A DNA stretch of 64,000 nt, taken from assembly GCA_013343275.1 (NCBI GenBank), contig CP046106.1, forward strand, positions 64,001 through 128,000, written 5' to 3'. Below the pieces are notes generated by a model. It had not been told where the DNA came from. It saw only the letters and a program-made list of their open reading frames with translations, and did not search any database. The translations under genes were made by a program, and so were the position numbers. Positions 29,895-39,802 of this stretch are shown in pieces. Source of the DNA: Candidatus Nanohaloarchaea archaeon. GTDB lineage: Archaea; Nanohalarchaeota; Nanosalinia; Nanosalinales; Nanosalinaceae. Numbering within the stretch: the first letter of the stretch is position 1; the number at the start of each line of letters is the position of its first letter.

Positions 29895-30983
29895 ATGGAA
29901 GAAAGAGGCCTGAAAATCTTCGTACCGGAAGAAGAGGAGCCTGGGAAAGACTCCAGCGTATTCTACAATAAAGATATGAAGAATAATAGAGACATATCAG
30001 AGGCCGCGCTCAAAGTCTTCCGTGAAAAAGTAGATGTGCCGGAGTTCAACATCGCAGACGCACTTGCAGCATCGGGCATCAGAGGATTCCGGTACGCAGA
30101 CCAGGGAAACATCTACCTGAACGATGCAAACCCCAAGGCCATCGAAAGCATACAGAAAGGCCTTGAAGAAAATAATATCGAGGCCGAGGTCTCGGAGCAG
30201 GACGCCAACGTTTTCCTGTCGGAGAACAGAAACTTTCTCCACTTCATCGACATCGATCCCTTCGGTCCTTTCACACCATATCTTGATTCTACAGCTAGAG
30301 CAGCTAACTACCAGAGCTTCGTAGGCCTTACAGCTACAGATAATGCAGTACCAGCAGGTAGCTACAAGAAAACATGTATGAGACGGTATGGATCGACGCC
30401 GATGAAAAACTCCTTAATGCATGAGACAGGCCTCAGAATTTACATCAAGGAAGTGTTCCAGAACTTCGCAAGATACGATAAATGCTTTGATCCGAAGATC
30501 TGCTGGCATGAAAGACATTACTCAAGAGTAATGGGTCGAGTCACTGAATCAAAAAGCCGGACTAACCGGGCCCTCGAAAATATAGGCTACATGAGTTTCT
30601 GTCCGGAGTGCAGGTGGCGGAAACTGGAGGAAGTCGATGAATGCGGTCACTGTGGAGCTGAAGTGAAGCTTGCCGGCCCTCTATGGACCGGAAAGATCTC
30701 TGATCAAAGGTTCACGGAAGAGGTGCTCCAAGAGATGCCGGAAGACTGGGATTCTAGAGAAATTGTAGAGTTGTTGGATTCGGAGGCCGAGATACTGACA
30801 CCTTTCTACGACCTCCATAAAATGGCCTCGTCCACAGGAGTTATGGCGCCGAAAAGAGAGGACGTTATACAGGAACTGCAGGATAAGGGCTATCCTGTTT
30901 CCAGAACTCACTTTGCACCAACCGGTATAAGGACGGATGCGCCGATAGAAGATATTATTGAGATAATGAAGGCCTTAGAATAG
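29895..30983 (+). CDS. trm1: tRNA (guanine-26-N2)-dimethyltransferase
   Basis: VFYN..M..NRD, DALAASGIRG.R, IDIDPFG, TATD, GPLW.G, SRTHF. Confidence 0.95.
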   Translation: MEERGLKIFVPEEEEPGKDSSVFYNKDMKNNRDISEAALKVFREKVDVPEFNIADALAASGIRGFRYADQGNIYLNDANPKAIESIQKGLEENNIEAEVSEQDANVFLSENRNFLHFIDIDPFGPFTPYLDSTARAANYQSFVGLTATDNAVPAGSYKKTCMRRYGSTPMKNSLMHETGLRIYIKEVFQNFARYDKCFDPKICWHERHYSRVMGRVTESKSRTNRALENIGYMSFCPECRWRKLEEVDECGHCGAEVKLAGPLWTGKISDQRFTEEVLQEMPEDWDSREIVELLDSEAEILTPFYDLHKMASSTGVMAPKREDVIQELQDKGYPVSRTHFAPTGIRTDAPIEDIIEIMKALE

Positions 30984-31057
30984 TTTCAGGCTGTAACTGG
31001 TTCTGTAAAATGTGTGGCGAACTTTTTTAAATCGGCTGGTCACAGGTTTTAATGTAA

Positions 31058-31501
31058 ATGGAGTACAGCAACCGCAGTTACAGCTCTAATCGATCTCAAC
31101 CGCCAGAGATAGAAAAGGGAGCTGATGAAGTGTCTGGAGCGGATAAAGCTGAAATTAACAGTCTTTTCTCGGAATTGGGTGTAGATGCAACTGCGGAGGA
31201 GGTTCTTGACGGCGCAGAGACTGCGGAAGTCTACATGCATGTCCAGCTTGAAGACGATCATGCTGAAAACTACTGGAGGGCCACCGTGGATAATAGGGAT
31301 GTCCTTGCTGAAGAGATAAAGGTTGGATTTGTTATCGATGGAGAGGAAGGGCCTGATTACCGGGCAGAAAATGTTCAGAAACCTGCTTACGATATCTTCA
31401 ACTTATCGAGTTACATGGAAACTGAGGACGCTATGGCTGAAGATGATTTACATGAGGTATCTGCTGATGCTGAAATTCAAGAAGCGGCATCTACAGACTA
31501 G
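31058..31501 (+). CDS. hypothetical acidic protein
   Basis: 147 aa; TTTAAA box upstream. Confidence 0.65.
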   Translation: MEYSNRSYSSNRSQPPEIEKGADEVSGADKAEINSLFSELGVDATAEEVLDGAETAEVYMHVQLEDDHAENYWRATVDNRDVLAEEIKVGFVIDGEEGPDYRAENVQKPAYDIFNLSSYMETEDAMAEDDLHEVSADAEIQEAASTD

Positions 31502-31551
31502 CTAATTTACCCATAATAGAATAAAGGAGAAAGAAATGTGAGAAAAGGCCT

Positions 31552-32634
31552 TTAATTGGATTTCTCTTCTAGTTCTTCTTCGAGGCCTAGTTTCTCTGCA
31601 AGTTCTTTGTAGCGGTTTCTGATTGTTACTTCTGTGACTCCTACTACATCTGCTACTTCTCTCTGAGTTCTCTTCTCGCCTTCAAGTACTGCTGCGATGT
31701 AGAGTGCGGCTGCGGCAAGTCCTGTTGGGCCTTTACCTGATAGAAGGTCTCTTTCACGTGCTTCCTTCAGGATGTTGCGTGCTCGTGCCTGGACTTCCCC
31801 TGATAGCTGGAGTTTTCCAGCGAATCTTGGTACATAGTCCTGTGGCTTTGCTGGCAGGATTCTGAGGCCTAGTTCTCTTGCGACGTATCTGTATGCGCGT
31901 CCGATCTCTCTTTTTTCGATTCCGGATGCGTCTGAGATTTCGTCGAGAGTTCTTGGGGTTCCCTGCTTTCTTGCTACAATGTAGATAATTGCAGAGATGA
32001 TGGACTCCATTGAGCGGCCTCTGACCAGTCCCTGGTCTACAGCTTTCTCGTATAGTCGGGCTGTCTCTTCGTGGACTGATTCAGGCAGGTTGAGGTTTGA
32101 GATCATGGAGTTTAGCTCGGATAGGGCGAATCCAAGGTTGCGGTCCTTTGACTTAGTCAGTCTCTTGTGCCATTTTCTCAGGCGGTAGTACTGAGCTCTC
32201 TTGTTTCCAGATACTTTGTAGAGCTCTCCGGATCCTTTTCCGATCTCTGTGGAGACTCCCATGTCGTGTTTCGTATATGTTAGTGGCTGTCCTGCACGGG
32301 CCTTTTTCTCTTTTTCTTCAGCGTTGAATGCTCTCCATTCTGCGGATTCGTCGATCCTGTCTTCGTCAATCACGAAACCACATTCGATACAGATAAGCTC
32401 ACCCTTCGAGGAGTCTTCCTCGAACCTCTGGGAGCCACATTCGGGACATGTAAGTACTGTTTCGCCTTCTTCGGCTTCTTCCTGTACTACCTCATATCCT
32501 TCCTCGCCTTCGACCTCTTCCTCGGCCTCGGCGCCTTCTGCTTCCTGTTCCTCTGTTTCTTCATCTTCCTCCCATTCTTCTGGGACCTCGTAATTATCAA
32601 ACTGCCTTCGTGGAATGTTGCCATCTTCCGTCAT
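31552..32634 (-). CDS. tfb: transcription initiation factor IIB
   Basis: CPECG...CIECG Zn ribbon, EWRAF, two cyclin repeats, TQREVADVVGVTEVTIRNRYKEL. Confidence 0.97.
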   Translation of the reverse strand: MTEDGNIPRRQFDNYEVPEEWEEDEETEEQEAEGAEAEEEVEGEEGYEVVQEEAEEGETVLTCPECGSQRFEEDSSKGELICIECGFVIDEDRIDESAEWRAFNAEEKEKKARAGQPLTYTKHDMGVSTEIGKGSGELYKVSGNKRAQYYRLRKWHKRLTKSKDRNLGFALSELNSMISNLNLPESVHEETARLYEKAVDQGLVRGRSMESIISAIIYIVARKQGTPRTLDEISDASGIEKREIGRAYRYVARELGLRILPAKPQDYVPRFAGKLQLSGEVQARARNILKEARERDLLSGKGPTGLAAAALYIAAVLEGEKRTQREVADVVGVTEVTIRNRYKELAEKLGLEEELEEKSN

Positions 32635-32767
32635 TTTTATTTACACCTAAACAAGGACTATGGGAAGGCCAAATTTTTTATAACTTAGCCTCTCTGGTTT
32701 TATCTTCCAGTAGTAACACTCCGCGCGTAAGGGAGGCTAGATAATTTAACAGTCCTTCTGTTATAAC

Positions 32768-33838
32768 TTGGATATGGATGAGGAAAAGCTCCGAACACAG
32801 AGAGAGACGCTGGTAGTCGCCGGCCTACTCCTTGTTGGAAGCCTTTTCATCCTGTACCCGTTCCTGGACTCCATACTTATGGCGGTAGTTGTCTCCTATC
32901 TGCTGAAGTTCGCACATGATTGGGTCAATGGCTACCTGAAAAATGACCTGCTCTCATCAATTACCGTTATCTCGGCAGTTATATCTACTATATCAATGGG
33001 CCTGTACCTCTTCCTGAACAACTTCTTCGTGATACTATCAGAGGTGGAGGAGTTCTCAGGCCAGCTCAGTAACCTGGTAACTAACTTGGTGATGTTCCTT
33101 AACCTCTCGCCCTCTTTCCAGCAGAACCTTCAGGACTTCATAGACCAGATGTCAAGCGAAGTATCGAACATGTTAATACAGATGTTTGTCTCCGCACCAT
33201 CACTTCTAGTTGATCTAGGTATATTCTTCGTAACAGCAATCTTCCTCTACCGAGACAGAGCCAAGCTCGGCAACCAGATCAAGGGAATACTGGATGAGAT
33301 GCCTAGGCCTGAAGAGAAAATACTGAGATCGCTACTCCATTCTATCGACAAGATCTTCCGGGGAGTATTCATGACCCAGATAATAGTAGCAGTAATACTT
33401 GGAATCGCAACAGGTATAGGCCTCTACCTGATCGCACTTCTGACATCGCCAATACCGCTAATCCCTCTATGGGCCTTCCTTGTAGGCGTAGCAGCTCTAC
33501 TCCCGCTTGTAGCAGCATTCATGTTCTATGTGCCGATAGGAGGATACTACATAATGGTCGGGCAGCCTTTCAAAGGAACTCTGATAATAGTATTCGGAAT
33601 ACTGGCGCTTAACGTAATGACGGAAATATTCCTCAGACCTTACATCGGGTCCAAACAGATGGAGGAACACCCGCTGGTAGTATTCCTTGGTTTCCTAGCA
33701 GGCCCTCTAGTACTCGGTCTCAAAGGGCTTATAATCGGTCCTCTGCTGCTGATTCTGACAAAAGAATTTGTCCTGGACTACGCTAATCTAGTTTCCGACG
33801 AACCTGCTGGCATCCACAGTACCGACACGGAGGACTAG
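32768..33838 (+). CDS. AI-2E family transporter (PerM-like)
   Basis: Multi-TM; LRPYI, HPLVVFLG.L.G...LG.GLIIGP. Confidence 0.88.
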   Translation: MDMDEEKLRTQRETLVVAGLLLVGSLFILYPFLDSILMAVVVSYLLKFAHDWVNGYLKNDLLSSITVISAVISTISMGLYLFLNNFFVILSEVEEFSGQLSNLVTNLVMFLNLSPSFQQNLQDFIDQMSSEVSNMLIQMFVSAPSLLVDLGIFFVTAIFLYRDRAKLGNQIKGILDEMPRPEEKILRSLLHSIDKIFRGVFMTQIIVAVILGIATGIGLYLIALLTSPIPLIPLWAFLVGVAALLPLVAAFMFYVPIGGYYIMVGQPFKGTLIIVFGILALNVMTEIFLRPYIGSKQMEEHPLVVFLGFLAGPLVLGLKGLIIGPLLLILTKEFVLDYANLVSDEPAGIHSTDTED

Positions 33839-34229
33839 AAATCTCTCTACCACAGTTACTGCATACAGTTTTCCACTCCAGTTTCTCATCAATTCTGTCC
33901 TCAAGAAAACCTTCAACATCGGCACCCAGGTGGAGACCTAGATTCTGAAGATCCTTGTCATCGGTAACCAGTGCCTGATCAAGTGTAAGAGCCAGTGCCA
34001 ACAGTTTCTCATCGGTATCCGAGGTAGCGGCCTCTATCTTTTCAGACCTCTCCTGAACCTTCTCAAATATCTCCGGATCAGGCTGCGAAACCTGAAGGTC
34101 CAGCAGGTCGGCCTTCATACTGGCCTCACTGCTCTTCATCTCCTCCATCACTTCGGGAACTGTGTAGGCCTTCTTGAATCTCTGGTCGGCCCTGCCATGA
34201 ATGATTACGTTGGCATCGACAACTACCAT
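33783..34229 (-). CDS. nob1: Nob1 PIN-domain rRNA maturation endonuclease
   Basis: VVDAN, S.TD..LLALA, TDD..LQN, C-terminal CSNC..CRYCG. Confidence 0.9.
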   Translation of the reverse strand: MVVVDANVIIHGRADQRFKKAYTVPEVMEEMKSSEASMKADLLDLQVSQPDPEIFEKVQERSEKIEAATSDTDEKLLALALTLDQALVTDDKDLQNLGLHLGADVEGFLEDRIDEKLEWKTVCSNCGREISSPPCRYCGCQQVRRKLD

Positions 34230-34294
34230 ATGGAACTCTGAAAGACCTATCCTTATTAAAAAATATTTTGAACATGGTTTACCTGTGATTAACA

Positions 34295-34492
34295 ATGAGT
34301 CTACCTAACGCACCAGTCGAACGAATAATTAGAAATGCAGGCGCAGAAAGAGTTTCAGAAGATGCAGTTGAAGAACTAAAAGACGCTCTCGAAGATCTAG
34401 GAGAGGAAATTGCTTCTGATGCAAACGAAGTCGCCGACCACGCAGGAAGAAACACAATCAAAAAAGAAGATATCGATCTAGCTACTCGGTGA
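34295..34492 (+). CDS. archaeal histone (HMf-type, single fold)
   Basis: LPNAPVERIIRNAGAERVSEDA...HAGRNTIKKEDI. Confidence 0.96.
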   Translation: MSLPNAPVERIIRNAGAERVSEDAVEELKDALEDLGEEIASDANEVADHAGRNTIKKEDIDLATR

Positions 34493-34497
34493 AATAA

Positions 34498-34881
34498 ATG
34501 CCGAGACAGATTGAAGCATCCAAGGTAAACAGCGGAACATACATCATGCTGGACGGAGAGCCATGTGAAGTAAGAAGCATGAGCAAGTCCAGCCCCGGAA
34601 AACACGGATCCGCAAAGTGTAAGATCAAGGCCAGAGGAGTGTTCGACGACAAAGACCGGCACGTAACCAAGCCAGGGGACGCAATGCTGATGTCTCCAGA
34701 CGTCGACAAGAAGATTGGCCAGGTTGTATCCCGTGAAGGAGATATTGCACAGGTAATGGATATGGATACCTACGAGACGGAGGAGATGGAACTACCTGAA
34801 GACCTCAACGCTGGAGAAGGCGACGAGATCGAGTACTGGGTCATTGACGACCGAAAGCTTGTGAAAGGTCTCAACAAGTAA
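34498..34881 (+). CDS. eif5a: translation factor aIF5A
   Basis: SSPGKHGSAK hypusine loop. Confidence 0.96.
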   Translation: MPRQIEASKVNSGTYIMLDGEPCEVRSMSKSSPGKHGSAKCKIKARGVFDDKDRHVTKPGDAMLMSPDVDKKIGQVVSREGDIAQVMDMDTYETEEMELPEDLNAGEGDEIEYWVIDDRKLVKGLNK

Positions 34882-34959
34882 GAGAACTTTCTCCTAGCTC
34901 ACATATTCCTGCCCTTCTTTTTCTTAACTAAATTAAATGAAGAACCCGCAACTCTCTAT

Positions 34960-36318
34960 ATGAACTGGGAAAGACTGAGAGAAAAAATACTGGAGGAAAA
35001 CTATCCGACAGAAGAAGAGTTCCAGAAAATACAGGAACTGTATGACAAAATATCAGGGTTCATTGAGGAAGAGTACGGCCTGGAGACTCATTTCGCTGGG
35101 TCAGCAGGCAGGAAGACATGTATGGCTGGCGACAAAGATATAGATCTATTTGTTCTCTTCCCTGAAGACACTGAGAGACATGAACTGGAGCAGAAAGGCC
35201 TGGAAGTTGGAAAGAAGACTTTCGAAAACTTTAACGCAGACTACCATGTAGAATACGCAGAACATCCATACAGTAAAGGCCGTATCGAAGGTGTGGAGGT
35301 CGAGATAGTACCGTGCTTCGATACAGATCCTGAAGACATACGGAGTGCTGTAGACAGGACTCCACATCACTCTCGCTGGGCAAGGGAAAACCTGGATGAA
35401 GAACAGAGAAAAGAGGCAGTACTTCTCAAGAAGTTCCTCAAGACCCAAGGCCTCTACGGTTCGTCTCTCAAGAGGAGAGGGTTCTCCGGATATCTATGTG
35501 AAATACTAATATCGGAGTTCGGTGATTTCAGAAGTCTGCTGGAAAGCGCTGAGGACTGGCCTGAAAGAAAGCTGCTTGACCCGGAAGACTATCATCCAGA
35601 GGGCCTTTCTCAGGAGCTGGAGAGCAAGTTTTCAGGCGATAATCTGGTGGTTGTAGATCCTGTTGATCCTGAGAGAAATGTGGCCGCAGTACTGTCAACC
35701 CAGAACTACGCAGAGTTCATACATGAGGCCTGGAAGTTCAACAAACAGCCCGGGATAGATTTCTTCCAGGAGGCCGAGCCTGATTACGAGAGGTTTGAGC
35801 TTGAGCAGGAGATCAAGGATAGAGGTGATTTCCTCGTGATCGAGTTCGACAGCCCTGAAGAAGTTGATGACGTAGTGTACCCGCAGATGAGGAAGGCAGT
35901 CTCCCGTCTGAAGTCCAAGCTGCAGAAGAACGATTTCCGTCTGTTTGAATCCGGGTTCTACGTTGGAGATGAGGAGACACGGGTCTTCTTCGAACTAGAC
36001 CAGCATCTGCCTGCTGTCGAAGAACTGAAAGGCCCTAGAGTCTTCCACGGAAAAGATCACATGGAGCAGTTCACCTCAAAGTACGATAACACGTTTATCC
36101 AGGGTGACAGGCTGGTTGCAAAGACGGAAAGAGAGTACACTGATGCGAGAAATCTGCTGAAGGACTTTATCTCACGTGAAAGGGATGAACTGAAGGAGGA
36201 TGGTATTCCGAACTATGTGGCTGAGAAGATGGAGGAGGCCAGGTTCACTGAGCCAGTCATTGAAGACGATAAATGGTTAAACTATTTGGCCGAAAAACTA
36301 CACGTGATCGATCAATGA
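34960..36318 (+). CDS. cca: class I CCA-adding enzyme
   Basis: GS...DIDLF, YAEHPY, SAVDRTP.H, GFSGYLCE, DPVDP.RNVAA. Confidence 0.96.
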   Translation: MNWERLREKILEENYPTEEEFQKIQELYDKISGFIEEEYGLETHFAGSAGRKTCMAGDKDIDLFVLFPEDTERHELEQKGLEVGKKTFENFNADYHVEYAEHPYSKGRIEGVEVEIVPCFDTDPEDIRSAVDRTPHHSRWARENLDEEQRKEAVLLKKFLKTQGLYGSSLKRRGFSGYLCEILISEFGDFRSLLESAEDWPERKLLDPEDYHPEGLSQELESKFSGDNLVVVDPVDPERNVAAVLSTQNYAEFIHEAWKFNKQPGIDFFQEAEPDYERFELEQEIKDRGDFLVIEFDSPEEVDDVVYPQMRKAVSRLKSKLQKNDFRLFESGFYVGDEETRVFFELDQHLPAVEELKGPRVFHGKDHMEQFTSKYDNTFIQGDRLVAKTEREYTDARNLLKDFISRERDELKEDGIPNYVAEKMEEARFTEPVIEDDKWLNYLAEKLHVIDQ

Positions 36319-36893
36319 GCAGCGTAAATATTGTAGTAGGACTTTCAGGAGTTGGAAAATCAACAGTACTTGAAGAAGCCATGCTTCTCGCAGATGAGGA
36401 ATATGAAGTAATCAACTACGGCGACAGAATGCTTGAAACCGCCAAGCAGCAAGGCCTGGTAGATACCCGAGATGAGATGAAAGACATTGGAGTTGAGAAG
36501 TACAAGGAGATTCAGAAGGATGCTGCAGAATCAATAGTAGATGATGCGGAGGAAGCTGAAGATGGAAACGTAATTGTAGACACTCATGCAGCAATCAAAA
36601 CACCTTACGGCTACATTCCAGGTCTACCGAAATGGACTGTTGAGAACCTTGATCCCGAGAAAATAATTATACTGGATGCTTCCGCAGAGGAGCTCTACAG
36701 GAGAAGCCAGAAGGATGAAGACAGGGATAGAGAGCACGATGATGTAGAGGACATAGAAGAGTACAGACAGGTCGCCAGAGAAATGGCCTCAGCAGGTTCT
36801 GTACTTACCGGAGCATACCTCAAAGTCATAGAGAACAAGAAAGGAAAGGCTCAGCAGGCAGCAAGAGATCTTATCGACACTCTTAACGCCTAA
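36315..36893 (+). CDS. adkA: archaeal adenylate kinase
   Basis: GLSGVGKST, NYGD.M, RDEM, VDTHA.IKTP.GY.PGLP. Confidence 0.94.
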   Translation: MSSVNIVVGLSGVGKSTVLEEAMLLADEEYEVINYGDRMLETAKQQGLVDTRDEMKDIGVEKYKEIQKDAAESIVDDAEEAEDGNVIVDTHAAIKTPYGYIPGLPKWTVENLDPEKIIILDASAEELYRRSQKDEDRDREHDDVEDIEEYRQVAREMASAGSVLTGAYLKVIENKKGKAQQAARDLIDTLNA

Positions 36894-36903
36894 TTCTTTC
36901 CAC

Positions 36904-37599
36904 TTAATTCTCTTTATCTTTTCCTTTCTCCAGGTAGTACTTCGGACTTACGACGATCAGGTAGGTAGCTACAACTGCTGATGTGAATCTGCCAAGTACG
37001 AAACCTATGAGACCCAGAGTCTGCAGTACGCCGCTGGAGGCTGCTGAAAGGCCGAAAAGAAGGAAGGAGAACAGCAGTAGCGCTGTGACTTCACGGCTGT
37101 TCTGTGAGGAGAAACTGGCGGATTCCCGGAAGCTCTCTATAACCCCGTTCCGGATCAAGGTTATCGGCAGGAAGTACGTGGCAAAACCTGTAGCTAGAAT
37201 CAGGAGCAGTGAGAGAGAACCTCCGATTACAAGGCCTGCGATATTTCTATTCATTATGTAGAGCGCTGTGCCGAGTACTGTAGGTAGGGCTGCAACTGCT
37301 GCTGCAGCGAAGAACACGAGCGTCGAGAGGAATATATCATCGGCCTTTCTAAGGGTTGTCTGAAAGCCTTCTATCAGCCCGGACCTGTTCTCCACCATGT
37401 ATGCTACCATGACTGGTACGAAGAGGCCCATGAATATGATGAAAGGTGCCGTGGCCAGGTAGAGATTGGTTTTCAGGTTGGAGAGTATGTAGATAAACCA
37501 GGCCGTGCTTATCCCGGTCGATATGAACCGGGGCACGAAGTAGACAGGCCTTTCCCTCAGCTCCTGAAAGCTTTCCTCCAGTATTTCTATCAGTCTCAC
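36904..37599 (-). CDS. hypothetical polytopic membrane protein
   Basis: About 6 TM helices. Confidence 0.7.
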   Translation of the reverse strand: MRLIEILEESFQELRERPVYFVPRFISTGISTAWFIYILSNLKTNLYLATAPFIIFMGLFVPVMVAYMVENRSGLIEGFQTTLRKADDIFLSTLVFFAAAAVAALPTVLGTALYIMNRNIAGLVIGGSLSLLLILATGFATYFLPITLIRNGVIESFRESASFSSQNSREVTALLLFSFLLFGLSAASSGVLQTLGLIGFVLGRFTSAVVATYLIVVSPKYYLEKGKDKEN

Positions 37600-37778
37600 A
37601 TCATAGACTGTTAACCGGACACTCGAAAAAGGTTTGCCTGCTCAAAAAACACTTGTTTCAAATGAAAACAAAAGAAGTGTATTTATTGTCTCGTGACAAC
37701 GATTAATGGCTGTGAGGGCCTCGATTCTAATTTAACGGGTGGAAAAGGTTAATAATAGTTACAACCCCTACTGGGATT

Positions 37779-38060
37779 ATGGCAAGCCTCTGGGATTTAG
37801 GAAAGAGTTCTAAGGAGAAGCTTGCCGATGAATGGGAAGATGACGGAGTGCTCGAGGATAAAGTTAACGAGCACCGTCACAAGTTTGAGGATCAGTTCCA
37901 AGAAAACATGGATGACGAAGTACCGACACATCCATACAAGATTTACCGTGAAATAGTGGAATCCAACGAATTAACGGATGAAGAGCGCGTAGCTCTTGAA
38001 CAGATGAAGGACGAGTTCTCCGAAAGATGGCAGGAACTCAAGAATACTCACTCCAACTAG
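37779..38060 (+). CDS. hypothetical small acidic protein
   Basis: 93 aa; TATA-like box upstream, hairpin and T-tract downstream. Confidence 0.7.
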   Translation: MASLWDLGKSSKEKLADEWEDDGVLEDKVNEHRHKFEDQFQENMDDEVPTHPYKIYREIVESNELTDEERVALEQMKDEFSERWQELKNTHSN

Positions 38061-38124
38061 AAATTCATCGGCAGTAGCTCTCCAGGGGAGGGGACTACCC
38101 GTCTTTTTATTTTTCCCAATGATT

Positions 38125-39735
38125 TTACTCCAAATACTTGACCATGTAAGGCCCTTCCTTCTCGTATCCCATCTTCCTGTAGTACTCGCGGGTACCTACT
38201 GCCGAAATCACGACAACCTTCCTCTTCCCAAGCTCACGGGCCTTTTCCTCCGCATTCTCCATTAACTTCCGGCCGTAACCCTGGTGCTGGGTATCGGAAC
38301 CTTCCTCGCCGATACTGGTGGCCGAGCCCATAACCTTCAGCTGCCTGACAATCAAAGTATCTTCATCTATCTCAGACCTGAAGCTTTCAGGAGTAGTCCT
38401 CAATCTGGAGAAACCTAGAATAATATCGTTCTCGGTATCCTCGAAGCTGGCAAAGTATTCGTGGCCTTCAGAGGCCTCGTAATCTCTTTCAACTAGCTCT
38501 ATATTTTCTTCCTGAGGCTCGAGATCGTGGTTCTTCTTGACGTGGCCAACCTCTCTCGCTCTGATATTTCTGGATCTCTCATCGTTCTCCCATAGCTCCT
38601 GTAAAGCCATCTGCCGCATGTTTGTCAGCTGAGGGCCTGCGTCAACCTCTGTAGAAGGGATATCACGCATGACGCGTTTGACTCTGACGTGTGGAGGGAT
38701 ATGGTCTCTAAGTATCTCTTTTAATCGGTCCTTGGCCTCATCGTCGTCGATAGGCTCGAACTCTCCCTCCTCGTACTGCCTGTAAAGCTCGGTACCCTGA
38801 ATTACCTCGCAGGGATAGATCTTGACTTCGTCAGGCTGGTAATCTGCATTCGAGAAAGTTTCCTTGAACTTCTCGATGTCTTCCTCGTAGCCTTCGCCGG
38901 GCAGGCCGAGCATAAGGTGGTATGCAACCTTGAAACCTGCATTCTTCAAACGTTTCGTAGCCTCGATTACCGGTTCCATGCCGTGGCCTCTATTGGTAAT
39001 CTCATGGGTCTCATCGAATACTGTCTGGACACCCATCTCTACACGTGTACCGCCCATCTCAAGAATCCTATCGATATGCTTGGTCTCAGCAATATCAGGC
39101 CTTGTCTCGAAAGTTACTCCTACATTCCTGACATCTGCGGTCTCGTTAATCTTCTTCGCTTCCTCCAGAGAATCTGCTCCTTCAAACTCGTCAGGATCGT
39201 CGATCTCTTCTTTGTCTTTGTATGTGTTCAGGCCGTCGAACGCTCTCTTGATGAACTCTTTCTGGTAGTCCGGGTCCTGGAACGGGAAGGTTCCGCCCAT
39301 GATAATTAGTTTGGATTTGTCGATGCTGTGGCCGTTTTTCTCGTACTGTCCCAGTCTGTCGTGCGTCTGCTTGAAAGGGTCGTACTGGTTTCTGATAGCT
39401 CTCCGGGTGGCTGGCTCCTTGCCTGTGTAACTCTGTGGCGCGTCCTTTCCTTTAGGACAGTAAATACATCCTCCACCACAGGGGGCAGGCCTTGCCATGA
39501 TCGCAACGTTCGCGATACCGGAGAGGGTTCTCGTAGGCTTAGTCAAAAGGACTTTCTTGGCCTTTTCCTCGTCGTCATCTACGAACTCTAGTATATCCGA
39601 GTTTTTCGGGAGGCCTGGGAAACTCAGTTCTGAGCATAGCTGTTTCTTCCGGGTCTCTACATCGTCTTTATCCTCTATTTCGCCGGCCTCTATCTCCTCG
39701 ATAATCTTTCTTGAGAGCTGTTTTAAGTCAGACAT
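38125..39735 (-). CDS. elp3: Elp3 tRNA uridine-34 acetyltransferase (radical SAM + GNAT)
   Basis: CGGGCIYCP, QSYTG.EP, MGGTF, ETRPD, QHQGYG, SAVGTREYYRK.GY. Confidence 0.96.
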   Translation of the reverse strand: MSDLKQLSRKIIEEIEAGEIEDKDDVETRKKQLCSELSFPGLPKNSDILEFVDDDEEKAKKVLLTKPTRTLSGIANVAIMARPAPCGGGCIYCPKGKDAPQSYTGKEPATRRAIRNQYDPFKQTHDRLGQYEKNGHSIDKSKLIIMGGTFPFQDPDYQKEFIKRAFDGLNTYKDKEEIDDPDEFEGADSLEEAKKINETADVRNVGVTFETRPDIAETKHIDRILEMGGTRVEMGVQTVFDETHEITNRGHGMEPVIEATKRLKNAGFKVAYHLMLGLPGEGYEEDIEKFKETFSNADYQPDEVKIYPCEVIQGTELYRQYEEGEFEPIDDDEAKDRLKEILRDHIPPHVRVKRVMRDIPSTEVDAGPQLTNMRQMALQELWENDERSRNIRAREVGHVKKNHDLEPQEENIELVERDYEASEGHEYFASFEDTENDIILGFSRLRTTPESFRSEIDEDTLIVRQLKVMGSATSIGEEGSDTQHQGYGRKLMENAEEKARELGKRKVVVISAVGTREYYRKMGYEKEGPYMVKYLE

Positions 39736-39802
39736 ATTCAGGTATACAGGTTGAAAAGTTAAAAAGAAAAGTTAAAAGAAAACCACAGTCGCAACAGTAA
39801 AC

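Noticed and set aside
32440-32600. GA/TC-rich quasi-repeats here and in atpE, atpH and other genes
   Set aside because: They reflect Glu-rich low-complexity coding in a halophilic proteome, not DNA repeats.
34274-34288. 4-codon uORF (MVYL) before the histone gene
   Set aside because: ATG is too close to the TATA box to be transcribed; probably chance.
37600-37778. AT-rich intergenic region as a replication origin
   Set aside because: No repeated ORB boxes and no adjacent orc1/cdc6; fits divergent promoters.
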